Shown here: in pieces, positions 28,386 to 37,286 of the stretch
Position numbering within the stretch: position 1 is the stretch's first letter
Layout of the letters: every line of letters begins with the position of its first letter
Assembly (NCBI GenBank): GCA_033764315.1
Contig: JANRJA010000191.1
Coordinates: 1 to 64,000, forward strand
Source: Oculatellaceae cyanobacterium bins.114
Lineage (GTDB): Bacteria > Cyanobacteriota > Cyanobacteriia > Elainellales > Elainellaceae
Direction: 5' to 3'
Length of the DNA: 64,000 bases
Notes under the pieces: model-generated
Databases searched by the model: none
What the model saw: only the letters and a program-made list of their open reading frames with translations
Told to the model about the DNA's origin: nothing
Translations under genes and position numbers: made by a program

Positions 28386-29484
28386 GGCTAGTTTTTGAGG
28401 AATTGGACTCAAAAGTGGACAAAGCAGAACAAGCACCACACTTTGCACAACCCGCTTTGATATCAGCAGACGCCATGCCTGAGTGACGGAGGCGATCGCC
28501 GACGTGTTGATACAAAGCAAACATAAAATCACTGGTGGGAGCAGGATGTTGCGCCAGTGGAGTGTTAGTAATCGGCACAAAGGGCACCACAAAGGGATAA
28601 ACACCCAATTCAATCAGGCGATCGCACATCTCCGTCAACGTTTCGAGTGAGTCCCCTAACCCTGCCAACAAATAAGTGCTAACCTGCCCCCACCCAAATA
28701 CCTCAACAGCCGCCTCAAATGCCTGCAAATAGGTGTCTACAGACACCGTCGCTTTCCCTGGCATAATGCGGGCACGTACTGCTGGATCAACCGCTTCCAG
28801 GTGCATGCCTAAACTGTCAATCCCAGCCGCTTTCATTCGGGCAAACCAGGCAAAATCATCAGGGGGTTCACATTGCGCCTGTATCGGCAAATTCACCCGC
28901 GCTTTGATGGCTTTGGCACATTCTGTCAAATACGCCGCTCCGCGATCGCTCGTATTGGGGGTGCCTGTCGTCATAATCATATGTTTCACCCCATCCAACC
29001 GCACCGCAGCCTCTGCCACTTCTGCCAGTTGTGCTGGAGTCTTGCGGGCGATCGTCCGATCGGCATCCAGTGACTTCTCAATGGCACAAAACTGACAGGC
29101 CGTTGCCGCATCCCGGTACCGCATACAGGTTTGCAACACCGTTGTTGCCAACACATCGTGACTATGCAACAGGGCAATCTTCCAGTAGGGAATGCCATCA
29201 GCGGTCGTCAGGTTATAAAACTGCGGTTGCTGCGGAAACTGAATCGGTGCGATCGCCTCTCCTGCCCGTTCAAGCATCACCTGATCCGTCGTCGAAAGCA
29301 TCGCGGTATAAGGCGATTGAGCCGCTGTATCCGTAAAGACAGGCACCATCACCGTTGTTCCATCCACTGTCACCGCTTTATGATCCGATGGGCCTGCGCC
29401 ACCTCGCCGACCAGATGCGCCCACCTCTTCCACTAATCGGAGTCCGTGCGATTGTAATTCTGTGATGATGCGTTGTTTGTCCAT
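28360..29484 (-). CDS. MSMEG_0568-family radical SAM protein (NitD-like)
   Basis: GRRGGAGPSDH; CMRYRDAATACQFC (Cx9Cx2C); C-terminal CAKCGAC. Confidence 0.92.
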   Translation of the reverse strand: MDKQRIITELQSHGLRLVEEVGASGRRGGAGPSDHKAVTVDGTTVMVPVFTDTAAQSPYTAMLSTTDQVMLERAGEAIAPIQFPQQPQFYNLTTADGIPYWKIALLHSHDVLATTVLQTCMRYRDAATACQFCAIEKSLDADRTIARKTPAQLAEVAEAAVRLDGVKHMIMTTGTPNTSDRGAAYLTECAKAIKARVNLPIQAQCEPPDDFAWFARMKAAGIDSLGMHLEAVDPAVRARIMPGKATVSVDTYLQAFEAAVEVFGWGQVSTYLLAGLGDSLETLTEMCDRLIELGVYPFVVPFVPITNTPLAQHPAPTSDFMFALYQHVGDRLRHSGMASADIKAGCAKCGACSALSTFESNSSKTSHDLAALHV

Positions 29485-29514
29485 GTGAATTGTTAGGAAT
29501 GTGAGATATCGCTC

Positions 29515-29580
29515 GATCTCCGACTTCTATGATGAAAACTTGAATGGGTTTAGCTAAAACGAATTCAGAAGTCGGAGATC
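29515..29580. repeat. 66-bp inverted-repeat element, family A variant
   Basis: GATCTCCGACTTCT...AGAAGTCGGAGATC with perfect 14-bp arms. Confidence 0.75.
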
Positions 29581-29597
29581 TGGTCTAGGTGATCGAA

Positions 29598-30626
29598 CTA
29601 CAGATTGTGGGTCGGGGAGGGAGATGGCATCTGCCCTTCAGGGTTTAACTGATATTCAACTGATGCAACCATTCCGTTTTGTGGAGCGTCACCACCCGTG
29701 TTAATCAGGTGCGATCGCGCCTCCATATTCAGGTGCAGTTGCAGCAAATCGGGTCGTGCATAGTGCCCCACCGAATCCATCATGCGTTTGCGTTTGGTAA
29801 TCAGTGAAAAGTCGAGATCAGCGATCGCCATACCTTCACCGTCAGTAATTGCAGCACAGAGATGATTGCCTTCTGGGCCAATAATGGCAGTGTTACACCC
29901 ACCTGTTAGCACCCGTTGCAATTTCTCATCTGGGGTAATTTGCTGTACCTGTTCTGGAGACAGCCACGCAGTAGCATTGACCACAAAACACCCTGCTTCC
30001 AGGGCATGATGGCGAATGGTCACTTCAATCTGATCGGCAAAAATTTGCCCCACCATCGAACCCGGAAATTGAGAACAGTGGATCTGCTCGTGTTGCGCCA
30101 TGAGAGTAAATCGGGCCAGCGGGTTGTAATGTTCCCAACAAGCCAGTGCACCCAACTTGCCCACAGCGGTATCAAGCACCTTCAACCCCGATCCGTCTCC
30201 CTGTCCCCAGACCATCCGTTCGTGATAGGTTGGTGTAATCTTGCGGCGACGCATCAACAATGTGCCATCCGCGTCAAACACGAGTTGAGTATTGTAGAGC
30301 GACCCGTTATCTCGCTCATTCACCCCCAACACAACAACCACTCCATACGAGCGGGCCGCTCGACCCACCGCATCTGTGACTGGCCCTGGAACCGTCACCG
30401 CTTCTTCATATAGCCGCATGTGCTCTTTCCCCATCAGCACTGGAGGCTGCACAAACGAAAAATAGGGGTAATAAGGTACTACAGTTTCAGGAAAAACCAC
30501 CAACTGTGCCCCTGCCTGTGCAGCTTGGGCGATCGCCTGCAACACTTTTTCCACCGTGCCATCTCGGCTAAACAATACCGGACTCAACTGCACTGCTGCT
30601 GCCCGAACCGTACGTGCGTAATCCAT
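29598..30626 (-). CDS. nitC: Nit6803/Sll0784-family nitrilase (NitC-like)
   Basis: Catalytic triad VFPE / [11 protein letters not shown] / [18 protein letters not shown]. Confidence 0.93.
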   Translation of the reverse strand: MDYARTVRAAAVQLSPVLFSRDGTVEKVLQAIAQAAQAGAQLVVFPETVVPYYPYFSFVQPPVLMGKEHMRLYEEAVTVPGPVTDAVGRAARSYGVVVVLGVNERDNGSLYNTQLVFDADGTLLMRRRKITPTYHERMVWGQGDGSGLKVLDTAVGKLGALACWEHYNPLARFTLMAQHEQIHCSQFPGSMVGQIFADQIEVTIRHHALEAGCFVVNATAWLSPEQVQQITPDEKLQRVLTGGCNTAIIGPEGNHLCAAITDGEGMAIADLDFSLITKRKRMMDSVGHYARPDLLQLHLNMEARSHLINTGGDAPQNGMVASVEYQLNPEGQMPSPSPTHNL

Positions 30627-30798
30627 AAGAGGAAAAAAGAAGAGAGAAAAAAGAAGAAAGAAAGAGAGAGAAAAGAAGAAAGAAAAAAGAAGGAACAGAA
30701 CTTAGAGAATACAGAAAACAAAGAAAGGCATGATGTGTTGAATCACTCACAGGAAGCTCAGTTTATTCTTCTTTTTTCCTTCTTCTCTCTTCATTCTT
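30627..30798. repeat. Low-complexity purine/pyrimidine inverted repeat tract
   Basis: A/G-rich 30627-30728 and T/C-rich 30762-30798; perfect 14-bp inverted pair at 30630-30643 / 30767-30780. Confidence 0.8.
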
Positions 30799-31281
30799 TT
30801 AGACCGTCCAGGTGTCCAAAATAAAAGCGTTATCTTTGCGATGCATTAAAATCACATCCAACACATCTAACGGGCTGATGGGGCGAATTCCAGGGATTAA
30901 GGATGGTTCACCATGACCATACAATGCTTGCAGTGCAAAGCGGCAGGCATACACTTTGCCACCTTCAGCCATAAACTTGCTGAGTTGATTGTTGAAGTTT
31001 TGGTGTCCTGGAAAAGCTTCATCGCCAATCTTAGGAAAGCCACGTTGTACACCCAAAGTGACACCGGGTCCATACAGCAACACAGATGTCTCAAACCCTT
31101 TACGCAGAAGGCGTAAAGCTTGCAATAAGTTAACCAGACCAATCGAGCCTTCAAAGGCAACGGTGTGGAAGGTTACGAGTGCTTTTTCCCCCGGATCAGC
31201 TTTGACATCGGGGAAGACTTTTTCTTCATAATCTACAAAAAAGTCACCAACTTGGTGAGCGGGGGTAGTTACTTCGGGCAT
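30799..31281 (-). CDS. MSMEG_0572/Sll0783-family nitrogen-starvation protein (DsrE-like, NitB-like)
   Basis: [49 protein letters not shown]. Confidence 0.93.
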   Translation of the reverse strand: MPEVTTPAHQVGDFFVDYEEKVFPDVKADPGEKALVTFHTVAFEGSIGLVNLLQALRLLRKGFETSVLLYGPGVTLGVQRGFPKIGDEAFPGHQNFNNQLSKFMAEGGKVYACRFALQALYGHGEPSLIPGIRPISPLDVLDVILMHRKDNAFILDTWTV

Positions 31282-31365
31282 GAATATCTTCCTTAGTAAT
31301 AAAAAATGAGAACTGACAACTCTAGAGCAAGGTTAACCCGGTGTCATTTCATGGAGTTATTGAGC

Positions 31366-31407
31366 AGGTTAAGAGGTGCTCTCAGCGGTTTTTGTATCTG
31401 TCATTAC
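31366..31407 (-). promoter_or_regulatory. Canonical NtcA-activated promoter of the Nit1C operon
   Basis: Minus strand GTA-ATGACAGA-TAC (31407-31394), 22 nt, then TAACCT (31371-31366), matching GTAN8TAC-N22-TAN3T. Confidence 0.85.
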
Positions 31408-31509
31408 GAAAGGCATAAGTCTGTCACTATGGCTAGTCAGTCAAGCCCTTATATTCCTAGGGGCATCCATTTCTTCAGATCACCTATCGATTTAAACAGG
31501 TTAATTCTC

Positions 31510-31580
31510 TATGGCAGTCCTAAATCATTTGTGAGATGGGCAGGTTGTGAGCCTCTCATAACCCATTTGGGATTGCTATA
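31510..31580. mobile_element. MITE family B copy 1
   Basis: TATGGCAGTCCTAAAT...ATTTGGGATTGCTATA terminal inverted repeats; close copy at 53984-54052. Confidence 0.8.
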
Positions 31581-31920
31581 GTTGACCGCTAAGAGCTACT
31601 GGTTTTCTCACGCTTACAACAACCCTGCACTTAATTTGGGAAGAAACAGAGATCTGTGTACACAGTAGCCTCAAACAGTAGGGAGCTAAACCGTTCAAAA
31701 TCCCTTTTTTAAGATTGCTCTAAGTCTATTGCTACTCGTTCTACCAGTAGTCCTACTTGACGACTAGGAACGTTCTTAAACGTTAGAAATTTTTAGCTAA
31801 AACTCATCTTCAAATATTCTAGCTTGGTTAAAATCATCCTAAACTTCTCATCTAGTAGTTAGACCCAGAAACGTAGATTGTATATAAAGTTATGTTGGCA
31901 AACACTACAAAGCGAACACG

Positions 31921-32472
31921 ATGAACAACAGATATTCATATATTGGTGGCAAGCAAGGCTCTTGGCGAGTAGTAGATATCCGGAGTATTTTTGGGGCAAA
32001 TTTAGATTGGGTTGAAAGAGTCGATGTGGTAAATGAAGCTGTCCCAGAACCGCCATTTGATAGTTCTTGGGTTCTCCAAAGTTTTACCAGCAATGTTCGC
32101 TATGCCATGCGTCATGAAGTCAACACGCTTAAAACAGTGCAACCTGGGTTAAATCGCTCAGAAGCAGTTTCAGGCGTGCTGATTCCGATTAAAAAATCTG
32201 CTCAGTGGTGGGATATGGCACAAGACGAGCGACGAGCCATTTTTGAGGAAGAATCTCACCACACCGCGGTTGGTTTAGAATATCTTCCAGAAGTGGCGCG
32301 TCGGCTAATGCACTGTCGCGATCTAGGAGAACCATTTGATTTTCTCACCTGGTTTGAATTTGCCCCAGAACACACTAAAGCTTTTGACGAATTGCTTGTG
32401 CGGATGCGAGCCAGCAAAGAATGGAACTATGTAGAGCGTGAGGTTGAGGTTCGTTTAGAGCGAGATGTATAG
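31921..32472 (+). CDS. cld: Chlorite dismutase, short-chain clade II
   Basis: MNNRYSYIGG, IPIKKSAQWW, SHHTAVGLEYLPEVARRLMHCRDLG, FDFLTWFEF, EREVEV closely match the Cyanothece PCC 7425 Cld as I recall it; proximal His and distal Arg are retained. Confidence 0.9.
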   Translation: MNNRYSYIGGKQGSWRVVDIRSIFGANLDWVERVDVVNEAVPEPPFDSSWVLQSFTSNVRYAMRHEVNTLKTVQPGLNRSEAVSGVLIPIKKSAQWWDMAQDERRAIFEEESHHTAVGLEYLPEVARRLMHCRDLGEPFDFLTWFEFAPEHTKAFDELLVRMRASKEWNYVEREVEVRLERDV

Positions 32473-32657
32473 ATGCTCATTGTCTGGGTGTGGTTGACTG
32501 GCAACACCATGATGGAAACCTCTCTTGGCATCTTTAAAGGAGTGGTAGATGCGATCGCCAATCAACTTATCCAACTAAAGATCCATAAGACTTGTACAAT
32601 TTTTTTATTTCTATATTTTTTTACTGGGTTCTTTCCCCAACACTGGAGCTTACCATC

Positions 32658-33299
32658 ATGGTTCAAGAACTGCCCCCATCCGCCTTGGCAAGAGTTCAGC
32701 AACTAAAACTTGACGCAGACCTTGCAAATGAGCATGCCCAAGTGATTCTCAAGTTGATGGAACAGGTTTTGGAAGTCACCCCAGATGAACCCTTTGACAA
32801 CATGGGTAGTGCTTTTGAATCTGGAGATTATGGTTATTTCAAATTAGCGTTTAGAAAAGATCAAGGAGACTCTGATGCAGAAAATGCTCTATGGATCGAG
32901 TACATTCGAGTCCGCCATGATCCAGCCTTTAGACCCCAACTAAAAACTGTTTTAGAACGGGTGGGTGCCCCACTCAAGGTTCAGGAAGCAGCCTCATCCA
33001 ATATCGAAAAAATTCAACAGTTGAAACTTGACTCAGAGTTTGCCAACGAGCATGCCCAAGTGATTCTCAAGTTAATGGAACAGGTTTTAGAAGTCACCCC
33101 AGATGAACCATTCGATAAAATAGGGGCTGCCTTTCAATCTGGAGATCATGGCTATTTCAAACTGGCGTTTAGAAAAGATCAAGGAGACTCTGACGCAGAA
33201 AATGCTCTGTGGGTCGAATACGTTCGAGTTCGCCATGATCCAGCCTTTAAACCCCAACTAAAGACTATTTTGGAGCATGTCGGTGGCTTAACCGCTTAA
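32658..33299 (+). CDS. Hypothetical protein made of two tandem 106-aa domains
   Basis: 318-bp internal duplication (GAGCATGCCCAAGTGATTCTCAAGTT at 32730 and 33048); GGAG upstream of ATG 32658. Confidence 0.85.
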   Translation: MVQELPPSALARVQQLKLDADLANEHAQVILKLMEQVLEVTPDEPFDNMGSAFESGDYGYFKLAFRKDQGDSDAENALWIEYIRVRHDPAFRPQLKTVLERVGAPLKVQEAASSNIEKIQQLKLDSEFANEHAQVILKLMEQVLEVTPDEPFDKIGAAFQSGDHGYFKLAFRKDQGDSDAENALWVEYVRVRHDPAFKPQLKTILEHVGGLTA

Positions 33300-33345
33300 A
33301 GTTCAGAGGCTTCTGAGAACAAGCCAGAGATCAGTAAACCCAGTA

Positions 33346-34119
33346 CTACCGGCGATAGGACGGATCATCTCGGTCGAGCAACCGGATCAATGCAGGCCAC
33401 TCTAGTTGCCCTAAATCCTCAATATCTTGCTGCACAGCTGCATGTTCACACACCTCATCGCTTAGAGTAATGAGCGGGGTTCCTGTGGATTGTGCAGTAA
33501 TTTGCACTTCGCAGGCACGATTGAGATAGAACATGAGGATAAACGCTTCTGGAACGGTGCGCCCAGCCGTTAACAGCCCATGATTTCTAAGAATCATCAC
33601 TTTCCTGTCTCCCAAATCGGAGACTAGCCGCTCTCGTTCATCTAGATCCAGGGCAACTCCTTCATAATCGTGATATGCCACTCGGTTATGGAACTGCAAT
33701 GCAAATTGGGAAATGGGCAATAAACCACACTCCAATGCCGATACGGCCATTCCATATTTTGTATGGGTATGTAGCACACAGTGCAGGTCTTCGCGGGCAG
33801 CATGAATGGCACTGTGAATCACAAAGCCAGCCGGATTAACCGCCCACTCACTCTCACCCACAATATTTCCGTAGAGATCAATCTTCACCAAACTTGAGGC
33901 TGTGATTTCGTGAAACATCATGCCATAGGGATTGATCAAGAAGTGATGGTCTGGCCCAGGAATGCGGACTGAAATATGGGTATAAATTAAATCTGACATT
34001 TGAAACTTATCGATTAAACGATAGGCGGCTGCCAGTTGAATGCGCAACTCTCGCTCACTCAGATTTAGATCCGCTTTGGGAGCATAGGATTGCAGGTCAA
34101 AATCAATTTTTTGCACCAT
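33346..34119 (-). CDS. Class II aldolase/adducin family protein
   Basis: LAAAYRL, THISVR, NPAGFVIHSAIH, CVLHTHT, LRNHG. Alternative GTG start at 34137. Confidence 0.9.
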   Translation of the reverse strand: MVQKIDFDLQSYAPKADLNLSERELRIQLAAAYRLIDKFQMSDLIYTHISVRIPGPDHHFLINPYGMMFHEITASSLVKIDLYGNIVGESEWAVNPAGFVIHSAIHAAREDLHCVLHTHTKYGMAVSALECGLLPISQFALQFHNRVAYHDYEGVALDLDERERLVSDLGDRKVMILRNHGLLTAGRTVPEAFILMFYLNRACEVQITAQSTGTPLITLSDEVCEHAAVQQDIEDLGQLEWPALIRLLDRDDPSYRR

Positions 34120-34188
34120 CGGTTTCAATGCCTTCACAACATTAAAGATTACGGTATGGCGTTGCTTAATTCAACAATGTTCCAACAA

Positions 34189-34206
34189 TTAACTGTCAAC
34201 AGTTAA
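34189..34206. promoter_or_regulatory. Palindromic operator TTAACTGTCAACAGTTAA (candidate GntR site 1)
   Basis: Near-perfect palindrome in the divergent aldolase/desaturase promoter; repeated at 37192. Confidence 0.65.
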
Positions 34207-34300
34207 CAGTTCTGTGTTTGGAAACACAGTTCTTGATCTGAAATCCCTGGTAAGACTACTAACGAGAATGGTCATACCATTTATTTATAGGGTGCCTATT

Positions 34301-35338
34301 ATGACAGCCGCATTAAACCAATCATTGAGTGATCTAAATATTTATAGTCGTCGAGACAAGCCGTCGTGGAATGCGATCGCCCTAATCTACATCATTGGCG
34401 GTTATGGCAGCGGTCTTGCCTTAATTCTGCTTCCTTCAGGGTGGTTGAATGGATTGGGAGTATTGTTGCTCTCTCATACGCTGTTTTTGTCGGCTGTAAT
34501 GACTCACGAGTTCATGCACAGCACCATCTTTGCTCAGCAAAAGTGGAACGAACTGGGCGGCAATGTGATGATCTGGATGAATGGGGGGTGTTATGCCCGG
34601 TTTCGAGATTTAACCCGTTGGCACATCGCCCACCATATTGAGCGGGCTGACTTTCCGCCTGTTAACTTGGCTGAGTTTTTGCAAACGTTTCCAGCGGTGA
34701 TTTGTAGGATCATTTATGGGCTGGAGTGGCTCTACTTTCCAGCGATCGCCTTTTTGATGCAGTGGCGTGCCTTAACCCGTCCTTTTTGGAGTGGCAAACG
34801 ACAGGACGAACGATGGCGCACTAGTATGGTTTTGCTGATTCGGGGAAGTTTGTTTGCGCTATTGGCATGGGTGTCTCTCAAGGCATTGTTGCTCTACTTC
34901 TTGTCGTATATCGGCATGCATTTTTTAATGCAAATCATGAATGCCTTTTTCCATACCTACGAGCCGTTTAGTGCAAATATGACGATCACTCAGCGTGATT
35001 GGATCTATGAGCAAGCCAATTCGTTTTCTTGTCTAGTCTCCCAAAATTATGGGTGGCTTAATCTGTTAGTGCTCAACTTTGGCTATCACAACGCCCACCA
35101 CGCGGTGATGCGGTGTCCGTGGCACAGTTTGCCAGAACTCGATCAAGACTTAATTCCTCATCAACCCAATGCCCCATCTCATCGATTTTCAGTGTGGCAA
35201 ATGTTAGGCAACTATCACACCTATCGACTGGCTCGACTACAAGGAGGTCATGGTCAGGTGATCGATGAGGCAGGAAACTACAATCTTGCCAATTTTCGGG
35301 GTGATGTCGGGGTGGGGTTTATGGTTTTACCCGTTTAG
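34301..35338 (+). CDS. Membrane fatty-acid-desaturase-superfamily di-iron enzyme
   Basis: His boxes HEFMH, HIAHH and HNAHH. Confidence 0.88.
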   Translation: MTAALNQSLSDLNIYSRRDKPSWNAIALIYIIGGYGSGLALILLPSGWLNGLGVLLLSHTLFLSAVMTHEFMHSTIFAQQKWNELGGNVMIWMNGGCYARFRDLTRWHIAHHIERADFPPVNLAEFLQTFPAVICRIIYGLEWLYFPAIAFLMQWRALTRPFWSGKRQDERWRTSMVLLIRGSLFALLAWVSLKALLLYFLSYIGMHFLMQIMNAFFHTYEPFSANMTITQRDWIYEQANSFSCLVSQNYGWLNLLVLNFGYHNAHHAVMRCPWHSLPELDQDLIPHQPNAPSHRFSVWQMLGNYHTYRLARLQGGHGQVIDEAGNYNLANFRGDVGVGFMVLPV

Positions 35339-35398
35339 AGGAGATTCCTCAATTCCCCTGCAACAAAGAGACTTCCCTTACTCATTGCTAATTTTTTT

Positions 35399-36022
35399 AT
35401 GCTAGATACAACGATTTCAACGGATACAACTGCGGTCACAATTCCAGCTCGCAGAGGCAAGGCAACCGCTCTCAAGCAGGGGCAAGTGATCCGAGTGGTC
35501 AATACTTACGGGCAACAGGTAGTCGATACCTGGGCATTTAACGCCGATGATCTGAGCGAGTTTATGTCAATGGAGCACACGCGTACCTTTTTAGGACGCA
35601 TTATTCCCAGAGTGGGCGATCGCTTTGTCACCAATCATCGGCGTCCAATTTTGACCGTGGTTGAAGACACCTCACCCGGCATTCATGACACACTACTAGC
35701 TGCATGCGATCGCTATCGCTATGAGCTGTTAGGATTTCCCAATCACGATAACTGCACCGACAATTTAGCCGCTGCACTGGCAGAGTTGGGGTTAACGTCT
35801 GCCCACACCCCCAGCCCGCTGAACTTATTTATGAACATTCCAGTATCACAAACTTACGAAATTTCCTTTTTGCCCCCCGTCAGCAAAGCCGGAGATGCGA
35901 TCGCACTCCGGGCAGAGATGGATTGCATTGTGGCATTTTCATCTTGTCCTCAAGATGTGGTGCCGATCAATGGCGTTGATTGTAAACCTACAGACGCTCA
36001 CTTTATTGTTTCCGATTCATAA
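35399..36022 (+). CDS. DUF1989 / urea-carboxylase-associated family protein
   Basis: GQQVVDTWAFN, HDTLLAAC, HDNC, NLFMNIP, SSCPQD. Confidence 0.9.
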   Translation: MLDTTISTDTTAVTIPARRGKATALKQGQVIRVVNTYGQQVVDTWAFNADDLSEFMSMEHTRTFLGRIIPRVGDRFVTNHRRPILTVVEDTSPGIHDTLLAACDRYRYELLGFPNHDNCTDNLAAALAELGLTSAHTPSPLNLFMNIPVSQTYEISFLPPVSKAGDAIALRAEMDCIVAFSSCPQDVVPINGVDCKPTDAHFIVSDS

Positions 36023-36062
36023 CCTTTGTACACACGCTGTGGAAACATCTTGAATGGGCACC

Positions 36063-36353
36063 CTAAATGGGCAAACAGCAAGGAATAATGATACATCCAC
36101 CCTCGGCTCGTTGTGCCTTCAACGTTTGTGCAGCGGCTTTGCAGGCTTTAAACCGCTGAGGAGCCAGTCGCAGGGCAGTGCTTAAATTGTGATCTGTCAA
36201 AATACGCTTTATATAATCTGAGCAAGATTCGTCTCCGTGCAACACTCCGTGAGGGCAAGAAAACCCTTTCCGAGGTGAAATATGAGTTCGGTAGACATTG
36301 AGAGAGGCGATCGCGGCTTGGGTAGCAAACGATTCAAATGTATTGGCAGTCAT
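36063..36353 (-). CDS. yidD: YidD-like membrane protein insertion efficiency factor
   Basis: YRTHISPRKGFSC...SCSDY...RFKAC motif. Confidence 0.75.
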   Translation of the reverse strand: MTANTFESFATQAAIASLNVYRTHISPRKGFSCPHGVLHGDESCSDYIKRILTDHNLSTALRLAPQRFKACKAAAQTLKAQRAEGGCIIIPCCLPI

Positions 36354-36444
36354 GAGTTAAAGCAGGGGTAGAAACCACACCTCAACTTGTATCTCAAACC
36401 ACACCTGAAGGACTCTATCAAGAGGTTTAATTAAAGGGAATGGC

Positions 36445-37167
36445 TCATTCATTGCTCATCATTTGTAGATGACGGGTAAATACCTTGCCATCGGCGTTGT
36501 GCTGCCGTGCCGTTTGTTCCGCTAAGGAACCATCCCCCGAACAGATCGACTCAACCAACTGCTCGTGCTCTGCCGTAATGACAGATAAGTCAGGAAACAG
36601 GGTATCGGTGTAGGCAATACAAAGGTGAATTTGTTGCTCAATTAATTTGTATTGAGCTTGTAATCGACTGTGATCCGATAACTGCACAATCGTCTTATGG
36701 AGTTGAAAATCTGCATCCGTAATCTTCTTTAAATCTCCACCCTGTACGGCTTGGGTCAAGGCAGCTAATGCATGTTTCAGCATCTCGATCTTTTCATCTG
36801 TCAATGTCTCCGCAACTAAGCGAGATGCAAGACTCTCTAACGCCGTTCGTAGTGTATGCAATTCCCAAATGTCATTCAAACTTAGGGTTGTAACTGTCCA
36901 CCCTTTATGCAGGACTTGTGTGATCAACCCTTCATAAGTCAGTTGTTGCAATGCCGATCGAATCGTGCCTCGGCTTAATTTAAATTGATCGGCTAAGTTG
37001 GTTTCTTTAAGGCGAAAGCCAGGTGGATAATGTCCTTTGAGAATTTGCTCGCGCAGCACATCAGCAACCTGACAATCTAAGCTTTGCGGAACGATGCTTT
37101 GCGGAACAATGCTTGGTGGAACGATACCTGGTGAAACGGTATTTAAGCTTGGTTTTTGATCTTTCAT
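36445..37167 (-). CDS. GntR-family (FadR/FCD) transcriptional regulator
   Basis: HTH LREQILKGHYPPGFRLKETNLADQFKLSRGTIRSAL; FCD motifs DFQLH and EHEQL; 3 x 15-bp repeat at 37081-37125. Confidence 0.92.
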   Translation of the reverse strand: MKDQKPSLNTVSPGIVPPSIVPQSIVPQSLDCQVADVLREQILKGHYPPGFRLKETNLADQFKLSRGTIRSALQQLTYEGLITQVLHKGWTVTTLSLNDIWELHTLRTALESLASRLVAETLTDEKIEMLKHALAALTQAVQGGDLKKITDADFQLHKTIVQLSDHSRLQAQYKLIEQQIHLCIAYTDTLFPDLSVITAEHEQLVESICSGDGSLAEQTARQHNADGKVFTRHLQMMSNE

Positions 37168-37191
37168 AAATTTACAATATTCAGTTAACCG

Positions 37192-37209
37192 TTAACTGTC
37201 AACAGTTTA
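37192..37209. promoter_or_regulatory. Palindromic operator TTAACTGTCAACAGTTTA (candidate GntR site 2)
   Basis: In the gntR / dehydrogenase divergent promoter; 17 of 18 positions identical to site 1. Confidence 0.65.
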
Positions 37210-37286
37210 CATTTTTGTGCTCATTAACACAGTTATTCAAATAACCCCCTTGTTAAATAAATGAAAAATTGGATGTAGGGTGACCT

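Noticed and set aside
27867-28613. 248-aa version of the GNAT ORF
   Set aside because: The extension overlaps the radical SAM gene by about 250 bp; ATG 28385 fits the family length.
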